A stretch of DNA of 64,000 nt from Octopus vulgaris (taxonomy: Eukaryota), in contig OX597840.1 in assembly GCA_951406725.2 (NCBI GenBank), positions 8,432,001 through 8,496,000 on the forward strand. Direction: 5' to 3'. Shown one piece after another: positions 10,731-24,763 of the stretch. The translations under genes and the position numbers were made by a program. Position 1 is the stretch's first letter. Each line of letters begins with the position of its first letter. Below the pieces are notes generated by a model, which saw only the letters and a program-made list of their open reading frames with translations, was not told where the DNA came from and did no database searches.

Positions 10731-12719
10731 ATGGCAACAAGAAACCACGTGGCTAGCCCGCCAGTCATGCAGAACGTTAGCGAAACACTATTGCTACCAC
10801 TAGCTGCTAAACCTCGCAGCTTGAACACCACTGTCACCACCAACAACAACAACAGCAAAACTAACATCGCAAAACCATTCACCATCGCCGCGACCGAAGA
10901 CATTAACTTAGATTTCCCCCCACTCCCTACATCACTTGGCGATGATAAAAGGACGGAGAAAGGGATTTCAAAAATGAATACAGACGAAAACATGAATGCC
11001 AGCACCACCACCATCACCACCAACAACAACAACAACGAAATGGGCACAAAGCCGCCTACCAAAGACAACACCGCCAACACCAACACCACTACTACGACTT
11101 CAACTGCTACAACTAACCCTTCTGCTGCTAACACTGCCAACACCAACACCACTACCACGACTTCAACTGCTACAACTAACCCTTCTGCTGCTAACACCGC
11201 CAAATTTAAAACGAATTTTGCGGATGTGACAAAACAAAAACGAACAATTGTAAAATTCACCACACAGGAAATAAACCGCACAAAAGCACTCTTCACCAAA
11301 GAAGGAGACAAATTGCACCTTCACATTCCACAACACATCGTGGAAAACACACAAAAAAAAAACAATAATTTATAAAGTAATAAACAAGAAAACAAGAAGA
11401 ACAGAAAATGCACCGCAGGAAAAATTGAAAAATGCCTTCGTCCTGCATGGGACTCCAAGGAATATATCAGTTGGGGAAATAAATTTGGCACAGTCCAAGT
11501 ACGTTTCCTCAATGAAAATTTAGCAAAACGTTTTTCCACATTGGAGCTGCATTCGGACGACTTGGTAATGATACCAATCTATGTAAACCAGAGAGTGACG
11601 AAAGTCCAAATAAAAAATGTACCCCCTGAAGTCGAAACACAATGGTTAGTCTCTGCCATCTGCTTTGAAATGGCAGAGACAAACATCCTTGAAATCGCTG
11701 TTCTAGGACAGAAAGACTATGTGGGAAAATCAATCCAATTCCTTCTTCAATTGGTTGAAACAGCAAGAGAAAAGATACCCACCACTATAGAACTGCCAGG
11801 AGGCTACAAACTTTATGTAGTGGTAGAGGGCAGGCGACCACGCTACTATTTGTGTGGAAGCGAAGCACACTTGAAAAAGACGTGCCCAACCACTGTACAC
11901 CAAGAGCAACAACAACAACCACTACCACAACCAAAACACGCAGGAAAAAAAGCTCTACTACCCACACCACCATCAACACAGAAGACGACAAGAGAAGCAC
12001 ACCAAGCTAATCCGTCATCAACCAAAAACCACTCAACACCTGAAAAAATACCAACACCACCAACAACAGCAAGAACCAAAGGAACAGAAAAACAAAGAAA
12101 ATACACAAAAACTGATTCCCCATCCCTTATACTGCACTCACCACACACAAACACTCAACAACCAACAGCAAAGAAAACAACAGCACAACCACTTACACAG
12201 ACATACATAGAAGCCTACAACATACTCCTACCCCCTACTGATTCCTCCGAAATTTCGTTGGAAGACGAAACAAGTGAGGAATGGCAAATAGCTACAAAAA
12301 GAAGGAAAATAAAGAGCAGCAACTCAACCAAACCAAATGCAAACACGAACAAAGCAGGAGGAAATACATCTCCCGAAGACATTTCAAAAGCCAACACAAA
12401 CAACAGCCACACCAACACCACAAAAATATATACAGCAAACATGCTCACAGCTATAGACACCAAAAACACAAATTTGATGGAATACATCAAATCAAAAACA
12501 AACATAACAGAAGATGACATAAAAACAAACAATCACCCATACACAACACCACCAGACCACATCAAAATATTACACATCTCCAAAAGTCTGCACCACACAC
12601 TCAAAGGCATTTTCCCCAGTGCGGTTGGTAAATGCCAAAAATATCTCACAAAGAAACTGTACTGGGATCTCCTCGGGGACAAACCAAAGGAGGAGAAAGC
12701 AAAAACTTTCGAGCAGTAA
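10731..12719 (+). pseudogene. Tx1 #1 ORF1 (gag-like) with an in-frame stop at 11373-11375
   Basis: ORFs 10731-11375 and 11541-12719 share a frame; degenerate knuckle YYLCGSEAHLKKTC; homologous to ORF1 of element #2. Confidence 0.8.
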
Positions 12720-12763
12720 GTAACCCTCTGTTCCTTTCACTTGTATTCTAATTCATTAGGATT

Positions 12764-15700
12764 ATGATCAAGATTGGTTGTGTAAATGCGCATGGCTTGG
12801 GGTCCCCTTGGAAACAAGGGAACCTCTTAAATGACATAAAGTCACATAAGTTAGAAATCATAGCCATAAGTGAGACCAGACTCCACAATCCACGGGCCCT
12901 AAAGACCATGTTTGGCGGACAGTTCAACATTTATTTTTCCCCCTGTCTGCCAAGAATGGGCGGTAGTGGCACCGCGGTACTTTTTCGCAAGAGTCTGGAT
13001 CTCAAAGTAAAGACAATATTTGTAGACCCAGAGGGTAGACTGGTCGTCCTGGATGTCGACGGCAGTAGTAGGCGCGCTTTTCGATTCGTATCAGTCTACG
13101 CACCGCCTTTAGTAGGTCGGGCGGATTTCTTTCAACGTCTAGAAGTATTCTTGGGAACGTCTCGTCCTTTACTCTTAGTGGGGGGTTGGAATGCTACCTT
13201 GGACATGCATGTAGACTACGTGGGTAGAGATAGGAATAGACGGGGATGCAAATGCCTCAGAGATCTGCTCAGACGCTTTCAACTGTCTGACAGGTTCCGA
13301 CTAGACCGCCTGAATGCGCCAACGTGGACATGGAGCAACCGCATCGGGTCTTTGAGATCGTATCTAGATAGGATACTGTGTAGGACAGTAGATAGAGATA
13401 GCTTAGGATGTCCACAATTCCACATAGTCAGCTACACGGATCACAAACTTGTGACATGTACGCTAGACTTAGGTAAGACACTTAGGCAGGGTCCCGGATA
13501 CTGGAAACTAAACGCGTCTTTCCCATCGAGACAGGTTTTCAGAGACTGGATTAGCACACTCGTAAAGAGGGCTTTGACGGGAGCCATCATCAACAACAAA
13601 TGGAGCAGTAAAAGAAGAAGCGATTAGGTACAGCAAAACACTAGCCATAGATAGAAATAGAGTAGAGGGTGAGCTAGTTAAGAAGCTAGAAGAGGCAATT
13701 AGAAGCGGCATCGCAACAAAGCCACCATTCGGTCTCTGGTAGATGAACAGGAGCGCGAATTGATCGAGCCAAGAAAAATGTGTGAGGCCTTTCAACAGCA
13801 TTTTGCCCGACTGTTCGGGACGAGTGGAGGGCAAGAACGTAGGGTGGACTTCAGTGCCTACCTACACAGCCTACCACGACTCTCGACAAGAGAGGCAGGG
13901 TGCTGCGAAGGTGCCATCATGGCGGCGGAAGTGCAGGACGCGATGGCAGAATGCTCGAGGGACAAATCACCGGGTTTGGATGGTCTACCCTACGAGTTTT
14001 ACAATTGTATGCCAGACTTGTTTGGAACATCCATGACAACCTCCACCTGATGCGCTACATCATAGACAGGGTAGTTAACGAACCTGGCATGGGTGGGGCG
14101 CTGATCAATTTCTTGCCACGACTCTCAGCAAGAGAGGTGGAGTCTTGTGAAAGGCCTATCACGTACAGGATGCGATGGAGGGCTGCGCGAGAGACAAGTC
14201 ACCAGGCTTGGATGGTCTGCCCTACGAACTTTATTTTCATATGCCAGACTTGTTTGGAGGCGTCTTGGCAGCTGTCTACTGCAACTGGCAGCAAAACGGG
14301 AGTATCCCTGCTTTTGTAAAGCGAGGAGCAGTGGCACTGATTAAGAAAGACCCAAACAAGGGGGGACGTCATAGATAATTTCAGGCCCATCACACTGCTC
14401 AACGCAGATTTGAAAATTTTGGCCAAGGTGTTAGCCGAGAGGTTGGCGCTTGTCATCAAGAAACTGGTCGACAAGGCGCAAACATGCGCCGTGCCGGGTA
14501 GAAGTATTCATGATAACCTCCATCTGATGCGCTACATCATAGACAGGGTAGTCAAGAATCCTGGCATGGGTGGGGCGCTGATCAATTTGGATCAATCAAA
14601 AGCTTTTGATAGGGTGGACCATCGATACTTGGAGGCAGTCCTCAGAGCGGCTGGTTTCTGTCCCGTCTTCCGCGGCTGGATAGCCGCTTTGTACAGAGGC
14701 ATCCATTCGGTAATTCACGTAAATGGACATCTATCGAGACCCTTCGACATCGCACGTTCGGTCCGTCAGGGATGCCCCCTCTCGTCGCATCTATACGTAT
14801 TGACTTTCGAGCCATTATTGCGGAAGCTGGCAACTTTGAGGGGCATCCCGCGAGAACTGGAATGCGGGACGAGTGTGACTGCATACGCGGACGACGTCAC
14901 CGTCATAGTGTCTAGCCACGAGCACATCGAGCTGGTCGGCGAGACACTGAAAAACTACGAAGCGGTGACAGGAGCGAAAATCAATCGGGAAAAGTCAGTG
15001 GGCTTGCGACTAGGCACCTGGAGAAGCAAGCCCATGCCGTCCACCAGCGCCTCCGTCGTGGGACGCTGGACCGATGGCCCGGTCGAGTTGCTCGGGGTCT
15101 GGTTTGGTCTGGACCTCCAAGTGGAGAAGAACTGGAACGAGATAACGAGTAGGGTGGTCACTCTCGCCCAGCAATGGGCCGAGAGGAAACTGTCCCTAAA
15201 AGGTCGGGCGGAGGTGGCAAACACGTACATCGCGTCCGTCATCTACTACCGCCTGACCGTCGTGCCTTGTCCCGACCCGACCCTCACCAAACTAGAACGC
15301 ATTCTCTTTCGCTTCTTGTGGAAAGGATGCGTCCCGATGGTCAGGCGATCCATTTGCTGTCAACACCCGTTAAAAAGAGGACTGGGCATGCCGTGGTTCA
15401 TGATGCGCAGACACGGGCTGAGACTGCGACATCTCAGGCTCTTCGTAGACAACGGTGAACAGGTGTGGTCGCCGTTTGTGAGGCACGCTTTCCCGCAGAT
15501 CGTCTCCATGACTGAACTGCAGTCGTGGATCAAAAAGAGGCCGAGGAAGGGTGAATGGCACCGCGAGTGTCGCGTTACTCTCAAGCAACTCTGCCATCCT
15601 GGGTCGACCTTGAGTGACTTCATCACAACCAAAGCATTCTATAGGTGATTAGTGGAGGGGAGGTACGATGACGAGCTCGGGGCGAACCTGGACGTCGACG

Positions 15701-16269
15701 AGGAGTACCTGACCCACCTGTTCGGGACGACTTTCGGGCCAGGGCCCATGGACAACTTCCAGAGATCCCTGGCCTGGCAGTGCTACCAAGAAGCGCTACC
15801 CGTTCGGGATAAGCTCTAAAGACACAGCTCAAGAAGCATGGGGCCGACCTGCCCGAGATGCGGTCAGAGCGACGAAACCGTTCTGCACGCACTCGTGCAG
15901 TGTCCAACAATTTCCGACCTGTGGGCTTATGTCGAACAACTGCTGTCACGTGTGGGATGAGTCGGTTTATCAGCTGAGTCTATCGTCAATATTGTCACGC
16001 CTCCTTCCTTCAAACGGGAAGGAAGAGCTATTTTCATCATCCTTGTGGCTATGGCGAAAGAATGTATCTGGTGGACGCGCCTGAAAGGATTAGAGACAAA
16101 CACTTTCCTCTCTGGTCAATCTCTCATCAACTTCTCAAAGAATCACTTGAAAAGGAAAGTGAGAGTAGAGAGGCAAGTTTTGTGTAGTGAATGTTTTAAA
16201 AAAAGATGGGTGAATGTAGCAAGGATGGCACGTATGAATGACGAAGCCACCTTGAGCATAATCCTATGA
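12764..16269 (+). pseudogene. Tx1 #1 ORF2 (APE endonuclease-RT-zinc finger), disrupted
   Basis: CVNAHGL, ISETRL, YLDRIL, YTDHK (APE); KSPGLDG, FRPITLLN, DQSKAFDRVDH, VRQGCPLS, AYADD (RT); frameshifts, stops and an internal rearrangement. Confidence 0.92.
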
Positions 16270-16708
16270 ACCCAGAAATTGAAAACAGAGGGTTACCCAC
16301 TTGCAAACAAATGTGGTAACATATAACAATATTGACCAAGGTTACCGTGGTCTTTTCCATAGGATTTTCTTCACACGGATAAACCTTACTTGCTTTCTCC
16401 TTTACACCATACATCATAACACTGTGATACACGATCCCTATTGATCGATTTTTTCCTCTTCCCTTTTTTTCTTCTTTTTTTCATTTCTCTTTTCTTTTCT
16501 TCTTTTTCATTTTCTTCTTTTTTTATTTTTTTAAATGTTTAAACATTTTTTGTTCTTTTTTTTCCTTTTACGATCCCTTTTGATCGAAATCCTACGCCAC
16601 CTTTTTTTGTTTCTTTTGTTTTTTTTGTTTTTTTCATCCCCCAGAAGAAAAGCTCTACCTTGTAACTTGTCCAATCTGTGTGCAGCCCTGTGTGGCCAAT
16701 AAAGAAAC

Positions 16709-16758
<50 letters not shown>

Positions 16759-16840
16759 GTCTATATATCTATCTATCTATCTATCTATCTATCTACCTAC
16801 CTAACTACCTACCTACCTACCTACCTACCTACCTACCTAC

Positions 16841-16879
<39 letters not shown>

Positions 16880-17080
16880 CCTACCTATCCACCTACCTAC
16901 ATACCTACATACCTGCCTACCTACCTAACTACCTACCTATCTATCTATCTATCTATCTGCGTGGTAATTTGGGCAAGTGTCTTCTACTATAGCCTCGGGC
17001 TGACGAAAGCCTTGTGAGTGGATTTGGTAGATGGAAACTGAAAGAAGCCCGTCGTATATATGTCTATATATATATATATA

Positions 17081-17750
17081 TCATCATCATCATCATCATC
17101 ATTTAGCATCCGCTTTCCATGCTAGCATGGGTTGGACGGTTAAACTGGGGTCTGGGAAGCCTGGAGGCTGCATCAGGCCCAGTCTGATCTGGCAGTGTTT
17201 CCACGGCTGGATGCCCTTCCTAACGCCAACCACTCCGTGAGTGTAGTGGGTGCTTTTTATGTGCTACCTGCACAGGTGCCAGATGGGGCTGGCAAATGGC
17301 CACAGATGGATGGTGCTTTTTACGTGCCACCGGCACGGGGGCCAGGAAAGTCTGGCAACGGCCATGATCGGATGGTGCTTTTTATGTGCCACCGGCACGG
17401 AGGCCAGTCGGGGTGGCGCTGGCAACGGACACGGTCGGGTAGTGCTTTTTATGTGCCACCGGCACAGAGGCCAGTCGGGGCGGTGCTGGCAATGGACACG
17501 GTCGGATGGTGCTTTTTACGTGCTACCGGCACGGGGGCCAGGCAAGGCTGGCAACGGCCACGATCAGATGGTGCTTTTTATGTGCCACCGGCACAGAGGC
17601 CAGTCGGTGCGGTGCTGGCTACGGACACTATCAGATGGTATGCTTACGTGTCACTGGCACTGGTATCACAGCAGCAATTTCCATTGATGTTGATCGACTT
17701 CGATTTTGGTTCTGATTTCTGATTTGATTTGATTTCATTTGATTTTGATT
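17081..17750 (-). mobile_element. 5'-truncated copy (3' UTR only) of the RTE family at 58197-62598
   Basis: Aligns to 58197-58740, including the (GAT)n tail and ~50-60-bp GC-rich subrepeats. Confidence 0.85.
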
Positions 17751-17751
17751 C

Positions 17752-18180
17752 TGGGCATGGCTGTATTGTTAGGGAGCTTGCTTCCTAGCTACATGGTTTC
17801 GGGTTCAGTCCCACTGCGTGGCACTTTGGTTAGGTGTCTTTCACTATAGCACCTAGCTGACCGGAGATTTGTGATTGTATTCGGTAGGTGGAAGTTACTG
17901 CTGTGTTTGTATGTGTGCGTATAGCTGCTCAGTGCCTCTCCGAAAGAGAGAGAGGGGATATATATGCGTGTGTGTGTGTGTTTGTTCCCCTAGCTTGACA
18001 ACCGATGCTGGTGTGTTTATGTCCCCGTTACTTAGCGGTTCGGCAAAAGAGACTCATGGAATAAGTACTGGGCTTACAAAAGAATAAGTCCCGGGGTCGA
18101 GTTGCTCAATTAAAGGCGGTGCGCTCCAGCATGGCCGCAGTCAAATGACTGAAACAAGTAAAAGATTAAAAGAGAAAGAG

Positions 18181-18249
<69 letters not shown>

Positions 18250-18482
18250 CATAGGAGTGGCTGTGTTGTAAGTACCTTCCTAACGAACCACATGGCTCTG
18301 GGTTCAGTCCCACTATGTGGCAACTTGGGCAAGTGTCTTCTACTTTAGCCTTGGGCTAACCAAAGCCTCGTGAGTGGATTTGGTAGACGGAAACTGAAGA
18401 AGCCTGTTGCATATATGTGTATATATATATAATATGTATGTGTATATATGTTTGTGTGTCTGTGTTTGTCCCCGCAACATCG
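17752..18482 (+). mobile_element. Cluster of SINE family A pieces (older head, 3' part, second 5' part)
   Basis: Similar to the other family A copies; paralogous to 7601-8455 and 63460-63952. Confidence 0.7.
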
Positions 18483-19321
18483 CTTTCACGGAAGTTCCTT
18501 TGTTTCAGCCTTTGCAAAAATCAAAGAACAGGAGAGAAGCACTGTGAAGCAGAGAAGTACCACGTGGCAGTAGGACTAGACTTGTTGATGCCAGACAGCA
18601 GACTGATGCCTGAGGGTCGCATCAAGTGACTTCTTGCAGCGGAAGCCTGAGCTACAACAGGCTTTTCTTTCACAGAGAATGTTTCTTATTTTGTATTGCC
18701 CACAAAGGGCAAAACATAGAGGGGACAAAAAAGGATAGACAAATGGATTGAGTCGATTACATCGACCCCAGTGCGTAACTGGTACTTAATTTAACGACCC
18801 TGAAAGGATGTAACGACCTTGGCGAAATTTGAACTCAGAACATAAAGACGGACAAAATACCTATTTCTTTACCACCCTCAAGGGTCTAAACACAGAGAGG
18901 ACAATCAAGGACAGACAAAAGGATTAAGTTGATTACATCGACCCCAATGAATAACTAATACTTAATTTATCGACCCAGAAAGGATGAAAGGCAAAGTCAA
19001 CCTTGGTGGAATTTGAACTCAGAACGTAACGGCAGACGACATACTGCTGAGCATTTCACAGGCATACAAACGTTTCTGCCAGCTCGCCACATCACAGAGG
19101 CCGTGTCCGGTGACTTTTGTGTAGCCCTTGTATGTATACATGCAAACACAGAGAAAGCAAACACTGCAGATTTTCGCATCATGAATGTTTACGTATGATT
19201 TAGGGTTAAGCATAAATATTCGTATATCTACAATAAACTATCATTTTCAGCCATTTATTTCCGTCTGGTATTTGTGTATCAAATTCAGGCTGTCATATTG
19301 AATTTAACTGCATAATTGTTC

Positions 19322-19406
19322 CCATGTCTGTCTGTCTATCTGTCTGTCTGTCTGTCTGTCTGTATGTATGTATGTATGTATGTAAGAATGTATGTAAGAA
19401 TGCATG

Positions 19407-19437
<31 letters not shown>

Positions 19438-19848
19438 GGATGCCCGTATGTATGTATGTATGTATGTATGTATGTATGTATGTATGCATGCATGCATGCA
19501 TGCATGCATGTATGTATGTATGTATGTATGTATGTATGTATGTATGTATGTATGTATGTGAATGCATATATTTATGTAAGAATGTATGTATGTATGTATG
19601 TATGTATGTAAGAATTCATGTATGTATGTATGTATGTCAGAATGCATATATGTATGTACGTATGTATGTATGTATGTATGCATGTATGTATGTATGTATA
19701 TGTGTATGTCTGTATGTATGTAAGAATGCATGTATGTATATATGTATGTAAGAATGCATGTATGTGTGTATGTATGTATGTATGTATTTATGAATGTATG
19801 TATGTATGGAAGATTGTATGTATGTATGTATGTAAGAAGGCATGTATG

Positions 19849-19879
<31 letters not shown>

Positions 19880-20338
19880 GAATGCATATATGTATATAGG
19901 CTTGAATATTTGTAAGAATGCTTGTATGTATGTATGCATGTATGTATGTATGTATTCTTGTATGTATGCATGTATGTATGTATGTATGTATGTATGTATG
20001 TATGTATGTATGTATGTATGTATGTATGTATGTATGTATGTGAATGCATATATTTATGTAAGAATGTATGTATGTATGTATGTATGTATGTAAGAATTCA
20101 TGTATGTATGTATGTATGTCAGAATGCATATATGTATGTACGTATGTATGTATGTATGTATGCATGTATGTATGTATATGTGTATGTCTGTATGTATGTA
20201 AGAATGCATGTATGTATATATGTATGTAAGAATGCATGTATGTGTGTATGTATGTATGTATGTATTTATGAATGTATGTATGTATGGAAGATTGTATGTA
20301 TGTATGTATGTAAGAAGGCATGTATGTATGTATGTATG

Positions 20339-20369
<31 letters not shown>

Positions 20370-20786
20370 GAATGCATATATGTATATAGGCTTGAATATT
20401 TGTAAGAATGCTTGTATGTATGTATGCATGTATGTATGTATGTATTCTTGTATGTATGTATGTATGTATGTATGTATATAAGAATGCATGTATGCATGTA
20501 TGTATTCTTGTATGTATGCATGTATGTATGTATGTATGTATGTAAGAATGCATGTATGCATGCATGTATGTATGTATGTATGTATGTGTGTATGTATGTA
20601 TGTAAGAATGCATGTATGTATGTATGTATGTATGTCTGTATGTATGTAAGAATGCATGTATGTATATATGTATGTACGTTTGTATGTAAGAATGCATGTA
20701 TGTATGCATGTATGTAAGAATGCATCTATGTATGTATGTATGTATGTATGTATGCTTGAATATTTGTAAGAATGCTTGTATGCATG

Positions 20787-20817
<31 letters not shown>

Positions 20818-20850
20818 GAATGCATGTATGTGTGTATGTATGTATGTATG

Positions 20851-20881
<31 letters not shown>

Positions 20882-21774
20882 GAATGCATGTATGCATGTA
20901 TGTATGTATGTATGTATGTATATATGTATCTAAGAATGCATGTATGTATGTATGTAAGAATGCATGTATGTATGTATATGTGTATGTCTGTATGTATGTA
21001 AGAATGCATGTATGTATATATGTATGTATGTAAGAATTCATGTATGTATGTATGTATGTATGTATGTATGTATGTATTCTTGTATGTATGCATGTATGTA
21101 TGTATGTATGTATGTATGTGTGTAAGAATGCATGTATGTATGTATGTATGTATGGATGCATGTATGTATCTAAGAATGCATGTATATATGTATGTAAGAA
21201 TGCATGTATGTATGTATATGTGTATGTCTGTATGTATGTAAGAATGCATGTATGTATATATGTATGTACGTTTGTATTTAAGAATGCATGTATGTATGTA
21301 TGTAAGAATGCATGTATGTGTGTATGTATGTATGTATGTATTTATGTATGTATGTATGTATGTAAGAATGCATGTATTTATGTATGTAAGAATGCATGTA
21401 TGTATGTATGTAAGAATGTATGTATGTATGAATGTAAGAATTCTTGTATGTATGTATGTATGTATGTATGTATGTATGTATGTATGGAAGATTGTATGTA
21501 TGTATGTAAGAAGGCACGTATGTATGTATGTATGTATGTAAGAATGCATATATATATGTATGCTTGAATGTTTGTAAGAATGCTTGTATGTATGTATGTA
21601 TGTATGTATATAAGAATACATGTATGTTTGTATGTAAGAATGCATGTATGTGTGTATGTATGTATGTATGTATGTATGTATGCATGTATGTAAGAATGCA
21701 TGTATGTATGTATGTATTCTTATATGTATGTATTCTTGTATGTATGTATGTATGAAAGAATGTATGTATGTATG

Positions 21775-21805
<31 letters not shown>

Positions 21806-22064
21806 GAATGCATATATGTATGTATGCATGAATATTTGTAAGAATGCTTGTATGAATGTATGTATGTATGTGTGTATGTATGTAAGAATGTATGTAAGAA
21901 TGCATGTATGTATGCATGTATGTATGTATGTAAGGATGCCCGTATGTATGTATGTATGTATGTATGTATGTATGCATGCATGCATGCATGTATGTATGTA
22001 TGTATGTATGTATGTATGTATGTATGTATGTATGTATGTGAATGCATATATTTATGTAAGAATG

Positions 22065-22095
<31 letters not shown>

Positions 22096-22330
22096 GAATT
22101 CATGTATGTATGTATGTATGTCAGAATGCATATATGTATGTACGTATGTATGTATGTATGTATGTATGCATGTATGTATGTATATGTGTATGTCTATGTA
22201 TGTAAGAATGCATGTATGTATATATGTATGTAAGAGTGCATGTATGTGTGTATGTATGTATGTATGTATGTATTTATGAATGTATGTATGTATGGAAGAT
22301 TGTATGTATGTATGTATGTAAGAAGGCATG

Positions 22331-22361
<31 letters not shown>

Positions 22362-22790
22362 GAATGCATATATGTATATAGGCTTGAATATTTGTAAGAA
22401 TGCTTGTATGTATGTATGCATGTATGTATGTATGTATTCTTGTATGTATGCATGTATGTATGTAAGAATGCATGTATGCATGCATGTATGTATGTATGTA
22501 TGTATGTATGTATGTATGTATGTATGAATGCATGTATGTATGTATGTATGTATGTCTGTATGTATGTAAGAATGCATGTATGTATATATGTATGTACGTT
22601 TGTATGTAAGAATGCATGTATGTATGCATGTATGTAAGAATGCATCTATGTATGTATGTATGTATGTAAGAATGCATGTATGTATGTATGTATGTATGTA
22701 TGTATGTATGTATGTATGTATGTATGTATATAAGAATGCATGTATGTATGTATGCTTGAATATTTGTAAGAATGCTTGTATGCATGTATG

Positions 22791-22821
<31 letters not shown>

Positions 22822-23906
22822 GAATGCATGTTTGTGTGTATGTATGTATGTATGTATGTATGCATGTATGTATGTAAGAATGCATGTATGTATGTATGTA
22901 TTCTTGTATGTATGCATGTATGTATGTATGTATGTATGTATGTATGTATGTACGTATGTAAGAATGCATGTATGCATGTATGTATATATGTATGTATGTA
23001 TATATGTATCTAAGAATGCATGTATGTATGTATGTAAGAATGCATGTATGTATGTATATGTGTATGTCTGTATGTATGTAAGAATGCATGTATGAATATA
23101 TGTATGTATGTAAGAATTCATGTATGTATGTATGTATGTATGTATGTATGTATGTATTCTTGTATGTATGTATGTATGTATGTATGTGTGTAAGAATGCA
23201 TGTATGTATGTATGTATGTATGTAAGAATGCATGTATGTATGTATGTATGTATGTATGTATGCATGCATGTATGTATGTATCTATGAATGTATGTATGTA
23301 TGTAAGAATGCATGTATGTATGTATATGTGTATGTCTGTATGTATGTAAGAATGCATGTATGTATATATGTATGTACGTTTGTATTTAAGAATGCATGTA
23401 TGTATGTATGTAAGAATGCATGTATGTGTGTATGTATGTATGTATGTATTTATGTATGTATGTATGTATGTATGTAAGAATGCATGTATGTATGTAAGAA
23501 TGCATGTATGTATGTCTGTAAGAATGTATGTATGTATGTATGAATGTAAGAATTCTTGTATGTATGTATGTATGTATGTATGTATGTATGTATGTATGGA
23601 AGATTGTATGTATGTATGTAAGAAGGCACGTATGTATGTATGTATGTATGTAAGAATGCATATATATATGTATGCTTGAATGTTTGTAAGAATGCTTGTA
23701 TGTATGTATGTATGTATGTATGTATATAAGAATACATGTATGTTTGTTTGTAAGAATGCATGTATGTGTGTATGTATGTATGTATGTATGTATGTATGTA
23801 TGTATGTATGCATGTATGTAAGAATGCATGTATGTATGTATGTATTCTTATATGTATGTATGTATTCTTGTATGTATGTATGTATGAAAGAATGTATGTA
23901 TGTATG

Positions 23907-23937
<31 letters not shown>

Positions 23938-24185
23938 GAATGCATATATGTATGTATGCATGAATATTTGTAAGAATGCTTGTATGTATGTATGTATGTA
24001 TGTGTGTATGTATGTAAGAATGTATGTATGTATGTATGTATGTATGTATATAATAATACATGTATGTATGTATATATGTATGTATGTAAGAAGCATCTAT
24101 GTATGTATGTATGTATGTTTGTATTTAAGAATGCATGTATGTGTATGTATTTATGTATGTATGTATGTATGTATGTGAGAATGCA
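19322..24185. repeat. Complex (TATG)n satellite with TAAGAATGCA interruptions and higher-order repeats
   Basis: ~4.9 kb of TATG; rare variant blocks recur (e.g. tgtgaatgcatatatttatg at ~19557, ~20039, ~22037). Confidence 0.95.
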
Positions 24186-24279
24186 TGCATGCCAGTCAAT
24201 TTTATTTCAAGATTTCTTGCCAATAAAGAAAGAGCCACTTTCTAACCTAGATTCTAGACTCATTCATTGGAATTTGAGG

Positions 24280-24405
<126 letters not shown>

Positions 24406-24420
24406 CCTACCTACCTACCA

Positions 24421-24565
<145 letters not shown>

Positions 24566-24763
24566 CGGACGTGTTGTCAACCTCGGCTCCGAAGGTAATC
24601 GTTTATTTTGACTATTTATAGCCCATATTTTGTGTACATTTTTGTATATAAGGTGTGTAAGGCACCCAACTTTCGTTTGAGTGCTTTTCCAAGGGAGGAA
24701 TTCGCCCCTAGTGGCAGTTTCAACCCTATTTAATTTGTGTAATTTTCTTCTCAACATTAAAAA

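Larger units (their letters stand above)
10507..16709 (+). mobile_element. Tx1/L1-clade non-LTR retrotransposon #1, near full length, inactivated
   Basis: 5' UTR, ORF1, ORF2 (APE, RT YADD, C-terminal CPRC...H...C zinc finger at ~15850-15903), T-rich 3' UTR, AATAAA; (TATC)n on both sides. Confidence 0.93.

Noticed and set aside
10709-11311. 200-aa hydrophobic minus-strand ORF resembling a membrane protein
   Set aside because: It is the antisense shadow of the ACC/AAC-rich Tx1 ORF1.
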